The notes under the pieces are model-generated. The model was not told where the DNA came from, made no database searches, and saw nothing but the letters and a program-made list of their open reading frames with translations. 64,000 nt of DNA from an uncultured Candidatus Saccharibacteria bacterium (GTDB taxonomy: Bacteria > Patescibacteriota > JABMPQ01 > JAQVVF01), in assembly GCA_964574655.1 (NCBI GenBank), contig CAZNOH010000004.1, forward strand, positions 2,046 through 66,045, read 5' to 3'. The translations under genes and the position numbers were made by a program. Below are positions 1 through 9,835 of the stretch, piece by piece. Numbering within the stretch: the first letter of the stretch is position 1; each line of letters starts with the position of its first letter.

Positions 1-19
1 AACTATTTCCTATTTTCCC

Positions 20-45
20 TGCCTGCCGGCAGGGCAGGTATTAGC
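20..45. repeat. CCTGCC-N8-GGCAGG hairpin, copy 1
   Basis: tccctgcctgccggcagggcagg; GC-rich palindrome in AT-rich context. Confidence 0.5.
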
Positions 46-3000
46 TATTAGCAAGTTTTTTTAATTCTAAATTCTGGCTGATAACTCCTTCTCTATCTCC
101 GCTAATATCTATTTTGTGCTGAGGCAATTCATAGCCTTGCTTTTGAGATGTAAGGACATATTTATCCTTGCCGACTAAGAAACCATAACGTCCATCTCCT
201 TTAGAAATATCAGCTAAAAGCATTCTTCCATACTTATTATCAAATAGCCTTATAACTGCTTGCGGTAAGGCCTTGTGATTGCTTTGATCAACTGTTTTGC
301 CCCATGAATTTTGACGCTTAACCGCTAATTTTCTGAATACTAGCAATAATATGATGTCAAATACAAAGAGTGCTCCGGTTAGAATGGATGGACTAATGAT
401 TAAGCAAATTAATCCAACGATCGGACCAAATATCGCAACGAAATGATTAAATTTGTGTTGCTTTAAGACTTTTAATAATTGACTATCTGCTTTTTTGATG
501 ACTTCTTTTGGCAGGGTTTCTAAATCATTGATATTTTTAATTGGCGTGGTGATAACTTTTGATGGATTGACTGGATTCTGGAGATAGCCTTCTTGAGGAT
601 CAAGAGGAATATCAAATGAAACAACACCTTTTTCTTTTTGATCATTGCTGGATTGCACTGAGATTGTTTCACCGATATAAGTATTTTCTGCTTTTTTTGT
701 TAGCAAGCGAGAAGGAAACATATAGTAGGATTTTGCAACTGTTATAAAATAATCTCCGGGATCAACAATGAACAGATAACGGCCTTGAAAATCGGTAATT
801 CTGGTAGCTAAAAGCTTGTTAGTATTTTTATTAAACAATCTAACGATTGCCAAATCAATTGGCTGTTTGGTTAATGAATTATAGACAATTCCCCATCTTT
901 TTCTTTTGCCAAAAAATAGAACTGGATGAGTGATGTATTGCAAAAGATATGCTAAATATGGAAGCAAGGCATTAACAAAAGGAACTGCAGCTAAAAGACC
1001 TAGGGCTGTTATCGCTGTCATGATCGGAGCAACATATTTTTTTGCAATTTCTTGCAGGGTCTTATTTTCAAGAAACTTTTGGATATCTTTGATTATTTTG
1101 ACGGTACCATCAATAATATTTTTTGGTATTTTTTCTTCTATAATCTTTATAATTTCAGGTTTTTTTGGTTCCGGCTTTTTTGGTTCAGGTTTTGGTTTTA
1201 CTGGTCCGCCAAATGCAGAGCCAGAAACTGTGTTAGAAACAATATTACTTTCAGTAAATATTATACCAGGATTATAACTGCCAATGCCCTTATTTTCGAT
1301 AACGGTTCCGAAAGGAACAAAATTGTTTACTTGAACTTGGAACTGAATAGAGCCAGAAGTATTTGGATTGACTTGACCTAAATCGACAGTGATTGCGCCT
1401 GGATTTGTTTGATTATAATCTGTATTGTCATTATCTCTAAAATCTGAACGGCTAGCTCCATTTACTACAATCGAATTAGCAATATAACGAGTTGATGAAG
1501 AAATCGGATCAACTACTCTTAAATCGGTAGTTTCTTTTGCCCCTTGATTTGAATAGTCAATTCTGTATGTAATAAAATCACCGCGTGAAATTGCAGAAGC
1601 TCTAGTTCCAATTCCTATAAATAATTCAACTATTAAACATAAAGCAATAATAATTGAAACTGTTGAACAGAAAGCTTTCTGTTTTTTGAATAAATATCTA
1701 AATGTTTGCGATAACTTTCTTCTATTCTTAAAGAAGGAAATTATAAAATAAACAAACGAAACTACTGACCAGAATATTATGATGATAAATAATATAAGAC
1801 TAGTTTTTGATTTTATATTGAAATTGCTAATAAAAGACGTTGCACTTTTAAGCATTGAACTGCCGCTGCTTGATGCACCAGATGCAATTGGCGAGATGCC
1901 GTAAGTTTTTGTAAGTGAAATAAATGGACTTGTTGAAGTAATAATGTATAGCTCGGTATGAACTCCTTCTTTATTACCTGCTCCATCAACACCAAAAAAT
2001 TTTAAGGTAGTATTTTGACTGATCAATATTTTGCCATCATAAACGTTAGAATTTTCTGTTGGCTCTCTGCCATCTGTTGTGAAATAAATTGTGGCTGGTT
2101 TGTTTGAAGATAATGTAACTGCTTGCGGATTATCATAAACTCCACCTTGCGGATTAGCTTGTGTTTCTGGAGCTTCGTAGTCAAAAGTATAAACCTCTTC
2201 TTTTGTGTCAGAAACATTTCCGTATAAATCATTGCCGTAAAACTTTAAAGTAGTATTGCTATTAATATGAATAGCGCCAAGATAATTTGTTCCATTTACT
2301 TTTGGATCGTCGCCATTTGTCGTATATTTAATTTTTCCAATTTGTTCATTAGCTGTAAGCGTAACACCGATCGGACCATTGAATGATCCACCGCGCGGAT
2401 GAGCAGTGATTATTGGTGCGGTGAAATCTAATGACACGGTTGTTGATTTTGTGCCAATATTGCCAGCTGTATCTCTAGCAGTTGCAACAACTGGATCAGC
2501 ACCTTCATTTTCTGTGCCTTGAACACGATAAGAATATCTGATTGATTGAGCGCCGGCTTGAGCATTGTTTGTGGTTGCAGAATTGCCATCTACTGTCACG
2601 GTTGGATTTTCTGACTGAGTGCCATTTATACTGACCGTGATTCTAAGCTCAGTATTTTTTCTACCACGACTTGGCAATACAGAAACATTGCTAATGACTG
2701 GCGCGACATTATCAAGACTGAAGCTAGCAGAAGAAACTGCTGTGCCATTATAAGCCAAGTCATTTGGCGTGACACGAATCATCACACTATTTGAACTAGT
2801 ATTTGGAAGATTAGATTTTGAAGTCCAAACAACATTAACTGTGTTTGGGACTGAAGATGTTGTAGTTGTAATATAACCGGCAGCTGTACCGACTTGATAG
2901 TCAGCGCTATTATTTATCTTTGGATCGCCATAAGTTGCAGTTGTATCTGCGTCAGCTGTTGATAATGTAACTTTGTCGCTCCATGTAGCACCGTTGTCTG

Positions 3001-4276
3001 TTGAATATTCTAGTCTTGCTCGAACATTATTTTGATCTGGATCATTGACTTTGAATGAAATATCGACATTACCTGTGCCATCTAATCTTTGAGATGTGGT
3101 AACACTTCCTGATGTTACAACTGGTCTTAGATCTGTTCTATAAATATAGCCAGTTCCAGATCTTCCTGTACCAGCGAAAAGATAATTATTGTATTTACTT
3201 AAAGTCCAAACTTGCGTTGCAGCTGCTTCGTTGAAATTATCGTCATTAATTTGATCAAAAGCAGCACCATCTTTGGTATGCCAAACTGTACCTAGCAAAT
3301 TCAAGTTGCTTCCAGAGCCAATATAAAAATCATCACTGTCAACTAGCATAGTGCCGAATGCACCAATATTTTTTCCAAAACCGCTGCTTCCGACTTGCGT
3401 CCAAGACCCAACAGCGCCTGTTGAAGTCTCCCAAACTTGGCCTAATCCCCCGCCAGATCTTCTTGTTCCGGCATAAAGCTTGTTATTATATTCAGCTAAA
3501 GACATTACCTCAACATTTGTTCCACTGCCAAAACCGTCATTGTTTGAAAATGCCCAATCAGTGCCATCGCAAGTCGTACACGACCAAATTTCATTAGCAG
3601 TTACATTTATGGTTCCGACATATAATTTGTTGCCAAAACTAGTCATGCTTGAAGCACGAGTATTACTGGTATCACCAAAACCAACTGCACCATCAACTTC
3701 TACCCAATTAGCTGATCCGCATCCACTGGCAAGTGAACAACGATACATTTCAAGACCTGCTCCATTGTTAGTGCCAGCGTAAAGATAACCGTTGAATGAA
3801 TAGAGTGATGAGATAATGTCATTTGCGAATGTGCCATCTATGCCATGAGAGCTCGCTGTAGCCCAATCTCCAGGCGCGTCACAGCCAGTTGATGAGGCGC
3901 ATTTGAAAACAACTCCTCCTGCAGCATTTGTAGTTCCGGTAAATAACGTGCTATTAAATTCTGCGAATGAATTAATGATCGTATTTTCATTGGCAATGAA
4001 ACCACTTGTATTGACTTGTGTAAAATTGATGCTATCTGTAGACATTAGAACTCTTGCGCCACTACCTGATGCATCAGCTGTGCCAACATATAGCTTGTCG
4101 TCAAATACAATACTGCGATTATATTGCTGGTCTGCAACGTTTGAATAAATATTTTGCCAAGTCAAAACATAGGCATCTATTTTTTTGGAAAAATAAAATT
4201 CGCTTACGAAAATAAGCAAAAATATTATGCCTAAAATTATTGGGAAAATAAGCCAACTCTTGTTTCGCTTTTTCAT
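41..4276 (-). CDS. Large secreted/surface multidomain protein (N-terminal signal/TM; Gly/Ser-rich beta-propeller-like repeats; Ig-like and chitobiase/Fn3-like modules with TTDGSxPT-type motif; internal TM; DUF11-like repeat; KPEPKKPE linker; C-terminal carboxypeptidase-regulatory-like fold and TM segments)
   Basis: 1411-aa ORF in AT-rich native composition; the domain motifs listed were read directly from the translation. Confidence 0.7.
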   Translation of the reverse strand: MKKRNKSWLIFPIILGIIFLLIFVSEFYFSKKIDAYVLTWQNIYSNVADQQYNRSIVFDDKLYVGTADASGSGARVLMSTDSINFTQVNTSGFIANENTIINSFAEFNSTLFTGTTNAAGGVVFKCASSTGCDAPGDWATASSHGIDGTFANDIISSLYSFNGYLYAGTNNGAGLEMYRCSLASGCGSANWVEVDGAVGFGDTSNTRASSMTSFGNKLYVGTINVTANEIWSCTTCDGTDWAFSNNDGFGSGTNVEVMSLAEYNNKLYAGTRRSGGGLGQVWETSTGAVGSWTQVGSSGFGKNIGAFGTMLVDSDDFYIGSGSNLNLLGTVWHTKDGAAFDQINDDNFNEAAATQVWTLSKYNNYLFAGTGRSGTGYIYRTDLRPVVTSGSVTTSQRLDGTGNVDISFKVNDPDQNNVRARLEYSTDNGATWSDKVTLSTADADTTATYGDPKINNSADYQVGTAAGYITTTTSSVPNTVNVVWTSKSNLPNTSSNSVMIRVTPNDLAYNGTAVSSASFSLDNVAPVISNVSVLPSRGRKNTELRITVSINGTQSENPTVTVDGNSATTNNAQAGAQSIRYSYRVQGTENEGADPVVATARDTAGNIGTKSTTVSLDFTAPIITAHPRGGSFNGPIGVTLTANEQIGKIKYTTNGDDPKVNGTNYLGAIHINSNTTLKFYGNDLYGNVSDTKEEVYTFDYEAPETQANPQGGVYDNPQAVTLSSNKPATIYFTTDGREPTENSNVYDGKILISQNTTLKFFGVDGAGNKEGVHTELYIITSTSPFISLTKTYGISPIASGASSSGSSMLKSATSFISNFNIKSKTSLILFIIIIFWSVVSFVYFIISFFKNRRKLSQTFRYLFKKQKAFCSTVSIIIALCLIVELFIGIGTRASAISRGDFITYRIDYSNQGAKETTDLRVVDPISSSTRYIANSIVVNGASRSDFRDNDNTDYNQTNPGAITVDLGQVNPNTSGSIQFQVQVNNFVPFGTVIENKGIGSYNPGIIFTESNIVSNTVSGSAFGGPVKPKPEPKKPEPKKPEIIKIIEEKIPKNIIDGTVKIIKDIQKFLENKTLQEIAKKYVAPIMTAITALGLLAAVPFVNALLPYLAYLLQYITHPVLFFGKRKRWGIVYNSLTKQPIDLAIVRLFNKNTNKLLATRITDFQGRYLFIVDPGDYFITVAKSYYMFPSRLLTKKAENTYIGETISVQSSNDQKEKGVVSFDIPLDPQEGYLQNPVNPSKVITTPIKNINDLETLPKEVIKKADSQLLKVLKQHKFNHFVAIFGPIVGLICLIISPSILTGALFVFDIILLLVFRKLAVKRQNSWGKTVDQSNHKALPQAVIRLFDNKYGRMLLADISKGDGRYGFLVGKDKYVLTSQKQGYELPQHKIDISGDREGVISQNLELKKLANS

Positions 4277-4317
4277 TATTTTATTGTTTGTTTTATTATA
4301 CTATTTTTTTGTTTTGT

Positions 4318-4487
4318 ATACAATTTCGATTTGAGATAAAATTGAGGATAACTTTTCAGTCTTAATTTTCAATTTCTAATTTCTAATTTTTATTAAATTT
4401 TTAATTAACTAATTTCTAAACATCGACGACAGAAAAATATTTAAAAATTTAAACATTAAGAATTTATTAGAAATTGAAAATTAGAAA
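4318..4487. repeat. AT-rich imperfect palindrome (aatttctaatttcta vocabulary) with GC core catcgacgacag at 4421-4432
   Basis: Left arm near 4361-4420 is the reverse complement of right arm near 4458-4497; same architecture as 29276-29400 and 31399-31486. Confidence 0.6.
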
Positions 4488-5780
4488 TTAAAAATTCGTT
4501 CTTTGCCACTCTGCACTTTGACGAACTAACAGTTCTTGAGCTCTCTCTGGTTCAGCCATTAATTCTTTAGTTATTTTTTCCATTCTCATGCTTTGAGATC
4601 CTTTTATCAAAACTAAATCACCTGATTTTAAGATTTTGTTTTGAACAAAAAGTCCGGCTTCTTCTGAATTTTGAAATGTAAAAACTTTGTCTTTTGAAAA
4701 GCCAAGACTGATTGCTTCACTTGCAATATATTCGGATGCTTTGCCAACTGCGACAATATAATCTGCAGATTGAGAAGCTAATTTACCTATATCTTTATGG
4801 GCTTCAACTGTTAATGCGCCCAACTCTAACATGTCGGCTAGGCAAGCTATTTTTCTGCCAGATGTTTTTATTTCTTTTAAAGTATTTAAAGCTGACAACG
4901 TTGCTTCTGGAGAAGCATTATAGGTATCATCAATCAGATAAGATCCTTTAATGCCTGGAATTAGATTCATTCTGCCTCTTGGAGCTTTATAATCAAATAG
5001 CAGTTCTGAGATTTCAACTAAATTAATTTTCATTGAGATTGCACATGCAGCTGCTGCTAAAACGGCATAAATTTGAGTTTTACTAAAAATATTTTTCAGC
5101 CTGACTGGAACTTCTTTGCCTTGATAGCGCATTTTAAAATTATAGCCTTGCAAACTTTGTCCTTGAGAAAAATCTGCATTTAAAGATAAATTATCTGCTT
5201 GTAATTCTGATCCTTTAATAAAACCAAAAGTAATTGTTTTTGCTTTTGTTTGTTTTGCTGATAATCTGACGGCAATATCATCATAATTCAAAATTGCAGT
5301 ATCTGCTGAATTTAAGCAACTGATTATTTTTGCTTTTTCTAATAATAACTCTTTTGGACCTTTGAAAAATTCGACGTGAACTGGCCTTTTGCCGATAGCA
5401 GTTATAACAGAAATACTTGGCTTTGCTAAATCTAATAGATAATCCATATCATTCGGCTTGTCAACACCCATTTCTAAAACTAAAATTTTTGGATAATTTT
5501 TTGAACGAATTTGTTTTAGTCCAGAATTAAAAATCTTAAGCCAGCCAATAAGCGAACGGTTAGCTGTTTTTTTACCAATTATTGTTAACGGTAATCCGAT
5601 TTCATTATTATAATTTCCGATTGTTTTTCTGACAGAAAATTTATTTTTCAAAACATGATAAATCGCCTCAACTGTTCCAGTTTTTCCAACACTGCCAGTA
5701 ACGCCAATGATAATTGGTTTTTGATGTTTAATTATTGATTTCGAAATATTTCTTAATATTTTTTGGAGAATAGACTTCAT
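4488..5780 (-). CDS. murF: UDP-N-acetylmuramoyl-tripeptide--D-alanyl-D-alanine ligase (Mur ligase family, MurF-like)
   Basis: Mur ligase P-loop GVTGSVGKTGT; MurF-type IDDTYNASP motif; position in the dcw cluster. Confidence 0.8.
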   Translation of the reverse strand: MKSILQKILRNISKSIIKHQKPIIIGVTGSVGKTGTVEAIYHVLKNKFSVRKTIGNYNNEIGLPLTIIGKKTANRSLIGWLKIFNSGLKQIRSKNYPKILVLEMGVDKPNDMDYLLDLAKPSISVITAIGKRPVHVEFFKGPKELLLEKAKIISCLNSADTAILNYDDIAVRLSAKQTKAKTITFGFIKGSELQADNLSLNADFSQGQSLQGYNFKMRYQGKEVPVRLKNIFSKTQIYAVLAAAACAISMKINLVEISELLFDYKAPRGRMNLIPGIKGSYLIDDTYNASPEATLSALNTLKEIKTSGRKIACLADMLELGALTVEAHKDIGKLASQSADYIVAVGKASEYIASEAISLGFSKDKVFTFQNSEEAGLFVQNKILKSGDLVLIKGSQSMRMEKITKELMAEPERAQELLVRQSAEWQRTNF

Positions 5781-5783
5781 ATT

Positions 5784-6280
5784 AATAACTAAATAACTAA
5801 ATTATAAATAACAAAATTATTTTTTCTTTTCCCTGCCAAAATATATTGAACTCAATATTTTGATTATTTCCTGATATTCTTTTCCTAAATCGATGACTTC
5901 TTCTTTATTACCCAAATTAAGAGAATATAGCATTCTTAACCAACAATCAGTTTCACATGCTTCTTTTCTGGAAATGTTCAAGGAACTTTTGAAATCTTTA
6001 TAGGAATAACCACTACTTGCTTCTGTTAAATTCGCTACAACTGACATTGCTGATCTAATTATTTGCTTGCTGATTTCTTTTGCTTCAATTGAATAAGGAA
6101 TTTTCCTAGCCAATTTGATAACTCGAACTGCTGCTTTAAAACATCTCTGCCAAATATCTTTTTTCTTGTAATCTTTAGACCAAACCATAATCTTAATAAC
6201 TAAATGATAAATAACATAATGACAAAATACTTTAATTTATAATTCTTTTTGTTATTTATAATTTAGTAATTTAGTTATTT
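5784..6280. mobile_element. IVS-like cassette: four-helix-bundle gene flanked by 33-nt terminal inverted repeats (5784-5816 and 6247-6280, one mismatch) plus an extra direct partial copy at 6199-6231
   Basis: aataactaaataactaaattataaataacaaaa versus the reverse complement of ttttgttatttataatttagtaatttagttatt; inserted between ftsI and murF; related copy at 14706-14738. Confidence 0.55.
5817..6188 (-). CDS. Four-helix-bundle protein (23S rRNA intervening-sequence protein family, TIGR02436-like)
   Basis: 123 aa; RSAMSVVANLTEA...LNISRKEACETDCWLRM matches the family consensus; second paralog at 34515-34901. Confidence 0.7.
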   Translation of the reverse strand: MVWSKDYKKKDIWQRCFKAAVRVIKLARKIPYSIEAKEISKQIIRSAMSVVANLTEASSGYSYKDFKSSLNISRKEACETDCWLRMLYSLNLGNKEEVIDLGKEYQEIIKILSSIYFGREKKK

Positions 6281-8013
6281 CAATCGCTCGGTGCTATTTG
6301 ATAGTATTTTAATAATTCTTGAGCAATAGATTTGAATGCTGGACCGGTTACTGATTCGGCCCATACATCTCCACCAGGATTATTTAATTTTACTAAAATT
6401 ACAAAACGAGGATATTTAATCGGACCGAAACCGACAAATGTTGTAATTTTTTTATTTGGATCATAGCCCTTGCCGTCAGCGCTTGGAACTTGAGCAGTAC
6501 CTGTTTTTCCAGCTATTTTATAACCCTCAACTCTGGCTGGCTGTCCAAAACCTTTTTCCATAACTGAAACCATCATTGCTGATAGAGTTTCCGCTGTTTC
6601 TGGTTTAATAACTTGACGGACAGCTTTTGGTTTTGTTGTTTCTTCTGAACCATCTGGCCTGATAACTTTTTTAACGATATATGGTTTTAATAAACGACCG
6701 CCATTTGCAATGCAAGCGATTGCATTTGCAAGCCTCAATGGCGTTGTAGCAATGCCTTGACCAAAACTCATTGTAGCAAAATCCATTTCCGACCATTCGT
6801 TTGGTTTTTTAACTACTGTGCCTATTTCTGTATCTAAGTCTATTCCAGAATTTTCATCAAAGCCATAGTTGATCAAGTAATCGTACATTTTTTCTTTTCC
6901 CAATGTTCTAGCAATTTGAACCATGCCGATATTGTTTGATTTTTCCAAAATCTGCGTGATTGTCAAATCTCCATATGCTTTTTTGTCAAAGTTTTGGATA
7001 GTATACTCGCCTATTTCCATCTTACCGTTATCATTAAATTTTGTATCTGGCGAAATTAAATTGGAATCTAAAGCCATAGAAACTATTAACGGCTTAAAAG
7101 CTGAACCAGGCTCATATTGTTCATAGATATTTGAGTTGCTAAAATCATTAACATTTGCAACGTTAGAATAATCATTCGGATCATAATCTGGATAGCCAGC
7201 CATGGCAATTATCGCGCCAGTCTGCGGATCCATGACAATTGCTGAACCGCTTTCAGCGCCATTTTTTTCAACAGCATCTTTAACAACTGTCTCAACTTTA
7301 TCCTGAATTAAGCGGTCAATTGTTAAAACAATATCGCTGCCATCTTCTGCACCTTGAACTAAATTTTTTGTACCAGAAATAATTTCACCTAGAGTATTTT
7401 TTTCACTTTGTAAAAAACCATTTTTTCCGGAAAGCGTATTGTCATAATATCCTTCAACTCCGTATTGCCCCTTTTTCTGATCATTGACAAAGCCAACAAA
7501 ACCTAAGATATGAGATCCTAAACTCTTGTCTGGATAGTATCTCCAGTCTTCGGTTTGATAGCTAATGCCAGAAAGATTAAGATTTTTAATTTGCTCAATA
7601 GTCTCACTTTCAACTTTATGCTTTATAGGAACATAAAGCCTTTCCTCGTCAGAAATTAAACCAAGAATTTCGTCTTTTGGCATTGAAAGCAGAGGTGTAA
7701 GCAAAATACTGGTAGCATTTTTATCTTCAACCTGCTTTGGGACAGCAAACACCAAATTCATTTTTTTGTTGATAGCTAGAGGATATAATTTTTTGGAAAA
7801 TTTATCTTCAACATAAATCTCGCCTCTTTCAGGAACAAGATCCTCAAACAAGCTATGTTGACCTGAAGCTAATGCTTCGTAATAACCGTATTTAACTACT
7901 TGTAAATTGAATAATCTAAAAACAATTGCAATAACAACGATGACAACTAAAACAAATAGAAAATTTAGGCGATCAAATATTCGGCTTTTTTTTTGCTTTT
8001 TATATTTATCCAC
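6280..8013 (-). CDS. ftsI: Penicillin-binding protein / peptidoglycan D,D-transpeptidase FtsI
   Basis: N-terminal TM; SAFKP (SxxK), KSNN (SxN) and KTGT motifs; dcw context. Confidence 0.85.
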   Translation of the reverse strand: MDKYKKQKKSRIFDRLNFLFVLVVIVVIAIVFRLFNLQVVKYGYYEALASGQHSLFEDLVPERGEIYVEDKFSKKLYPLAINKKMNLVFAVPKQVEDKNATSILLTPLLSMPKDEILGLISDEERLYVPIKHKVESETIEQIKNLNLSGISYQTEDWRYYPDKSLGSHILGFVGFVNDQKKGQYGVEGYYDNTLSGKNGFLQSEKNTLGEIISGTKNLVQGAEDGSDIVLTIDRLIQDKVETVVKDAVEKNGAESGSAIVMDPQTGAIIAMAGYPDYDPNDYSNVANVNDFSNSNIYEQYEPGSAFKPLIVSMALDSNLISPDTKFNDNGKMEIGEYTIQNFDKKAYGDLTITQILEKSNNIGMVQIARTLGKEKMYDYLINYGFDENSGIDLDTEIGTVVKKPNEWSEMDFATMSFGQGIATTPLRLANAIACIANGGRLLKPYIVKKVIRPDGSEETTKPKAVRQVIKPETAETLSAMMVSVMEKGFGQPARVEGYKIAGKTGTAQVPSADGKGYDPNKKITTFVGFGPIKYPRFVILVKLNNPGGDVWAESVTGPAFKSIAQELLKYYQIAPSD

Positions 8014-8279
8014 AGGGTATGCTTAAAATTGGTCTTTTGAAAGACACTTAAAAATCTGTTAAGATGATAAGTGCTCTACTATTACTGCAAAGATATCTTG
8101 GCCAATTAGTCATTTATATTACCATACTTGCTTGTCTTATACACAGGCAATTGGTTATCCATTCATTTGGATAAGAAGCTTTATTTATCTAGTTAGTCGC
8201 TAGATTGTGGCCTTGTTTGTTAAGTGCAGTACTGGTAGAGTTTTTTTGTTGGATAATATACGATTAAATTTGTTATATT

Positions 8280-8663
8280 TTATCTGTTCATGACAACAAC
8301 AGAATTGCCTATTTTATTTATATACACAATATTTTTTGTTTCAACAAGATTCAATTGTTTTGCTGATTGTTTGATATGATCCATTGATCGCAACTCAGCA
8401 GATTTAATTTCTAAATCTTTATTGTCTTGCTTGAGTTCTTCTGTTTTTTTATTAAGCTCTAGTACTTCATAGCTCTTTGTTTGAGATTGGAAAACCTGTG
8501 CTAAAAATAATAAGCCAAGAGCGCAGAATAAAACAACAGTTATTATAGATATTGTAACTGGACCAGCAGTTAATTTATTTTTAACTGTTTTGGTGCGATT
8601 TTTAGAATTTAAATTTTTGTTGACTGTTAAATAGTTTGACATTTTATTTTTGTTTATGTTCAA
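8280..8663 (-). CDS. ftsL: Cell division protein FtsL-like (single TM plus coiled coil)
   Basis: 127 aa bitopic protein between rsmH and ftsI. Confidence 0.5.
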   Translation of the reverse strand: MNINKNKMSNYLTVNKNLNSKNRTKTVKNKLTAGPVTISIITVVLFCALGLLFLAQVFQSQTKSYEVLELNKKTEELKQDNKDLEIKSAELRSMDHIKQSAKQLNLVETKNIVYINKIGNSVVVMNR

Positions 8664-8782
8664 GCGCTGATTGAACGCTGATTTTGAACGCCGATCAACG
8701 CTGATTTTTATATTTTTATTTTTCTTTGTCCGCCGAAGCTCTGAGCTTAAGCGAAGAGCGAAGGCGGATATTTATTAAGTTT

Positions 8783-9745
8783 TTATATTTTTACGGCAAC
8801 CCGTAGTTTTGCTGATCTAGATTTTGAATTATTTTTGATTTCTGAATCAGTTGGTATTATTGGTTTTTTTGTCAATATTTTTAATGATGCTTTGTGATGA
8901 CATTGGCAAATTGGAATTTCTGGCGGACAAAGACATCCTTTGCTTTCAGCTCGAAAAAATTGTTTGACGATTCGATCTTCTAATGAATGGTAAGAGATAA
9001 CTGCAATTTTCCCTTTTTTTTCAATTACTTTTGTTGCATCTTTTAAGGCGTTTGAAATATTTTCTAATTCATTATTAACCGCAATTCTGATAGCTTGAAA
9101 AACTTGGGCTAGATATCTATTTCTGACTCTTTCTGGAACAAGCATCTTTATTGTATCAGCCAATTCAGAGCTCGTTTTTATTTTGCCTTCTGTTCTCTTG
9201 CTTATTATTGCTGAGGTAAGTTTTCGATAATTTTGTATTTCACCAAAATTTCTAAAAATATTCATCAGCTCTTCTTCTTTAGCTTCGTTGATTATTTGGA
9301 ATGCTGATCTGTGTTTTCTCGTTGCTTCGTCAAATTTCATATCTAGCTTTCCCTCTGTTTGAAAAGAAAATCCGCGAGAGCTTTGAAGCTGATAAGTTGA
9401 TAGGCCTAGATCGAATAGAATGCCAGAAATTGGAAAAAACTTGTTTTCGTTAACTATTTTTTCTATTTCTTTAAAATTTTTATTGATAAAAATAATTCTG
9501 TCTTTGTCACCCTTTGGGTGATCACCCGTAGGGTGATATTTTTCTAATCTCTTTGATGCTCTGATAATTGCGTCTTGGTCTAGATCAAATGCCATTACTT
9601 TTCCATTCGGGCCAATCTTTTCTAACAATAATTGCGTGTGTCCGCCATCGCCCAATGTTGCATCTATATAATTTTGATTTGGTCTTGGATTGAAATAATC
9701 AAGTATTTCTTTTGAAAGGACTGGCACGTGGTAATTGTTTTGCAT
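8783..9745 (-). CDS. rsmH: 16S rRNA (cytosine1402-N4)-methyltransferase RsmH/MraW
   Basis: DATLGDGGHT SAM-binding motif; follows mraZ. Confidence 0.9.
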   Translation of the reverse strand: MQNNYHVPVLSKEILDYFNPRPNQNYIDATLGDGGHTQLLLEKIGPNGKVMAFDLDQDAIIRASKRLEKYHPTGDHPKGDKDRIIFINKNFKEIEKIVNENKFFPISGILFDLGLSTYQLQSSRGFSFQTEGKLDMKFDEATRKHRSAFQIINEAKEEELMNIFRNFGEIQNYRKLTSAIISKRTEGKIKTSSELADTIKMLVPERVRNRYLAQVFQAIRIAVNNELENISNALKDATKVIEKKGKIAVISYHSLEDRIVKQFFRAESKGCLCPPEIPICQCHHKASLKILTKKPIIPTDSEIKNNSKSRSAKLRVAVKI

Positions 9746-9835
9746 ATTAGTAAATCATGTTAGTAACTTAGGTACTTAGTTTCTTAGGGCTTAGGGTTCT
9801 TTCCCTAAGTACCAAAGGAACCAAGCCCTAAGCAA

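Noticed and set aside
930-4148. Several 60-115-aa ORFs antisense to or overlapping the 1411-aa surface protein gene (930-1277, 1052-1381, 3358-3597, 3480-3782, 3903-4148 and others)
   Set aside because: They lie entirely within a long well-supported CDS, have no start context, and look like random frames in AT-rich DNA.
8655-8700. Possible CRISPR-like array from repeated gaacgcYgat units
   Set aside because: Units are about 11 nt, contiguous, without spacers and not followed by cas genes; treated as a simple tandem repeat.
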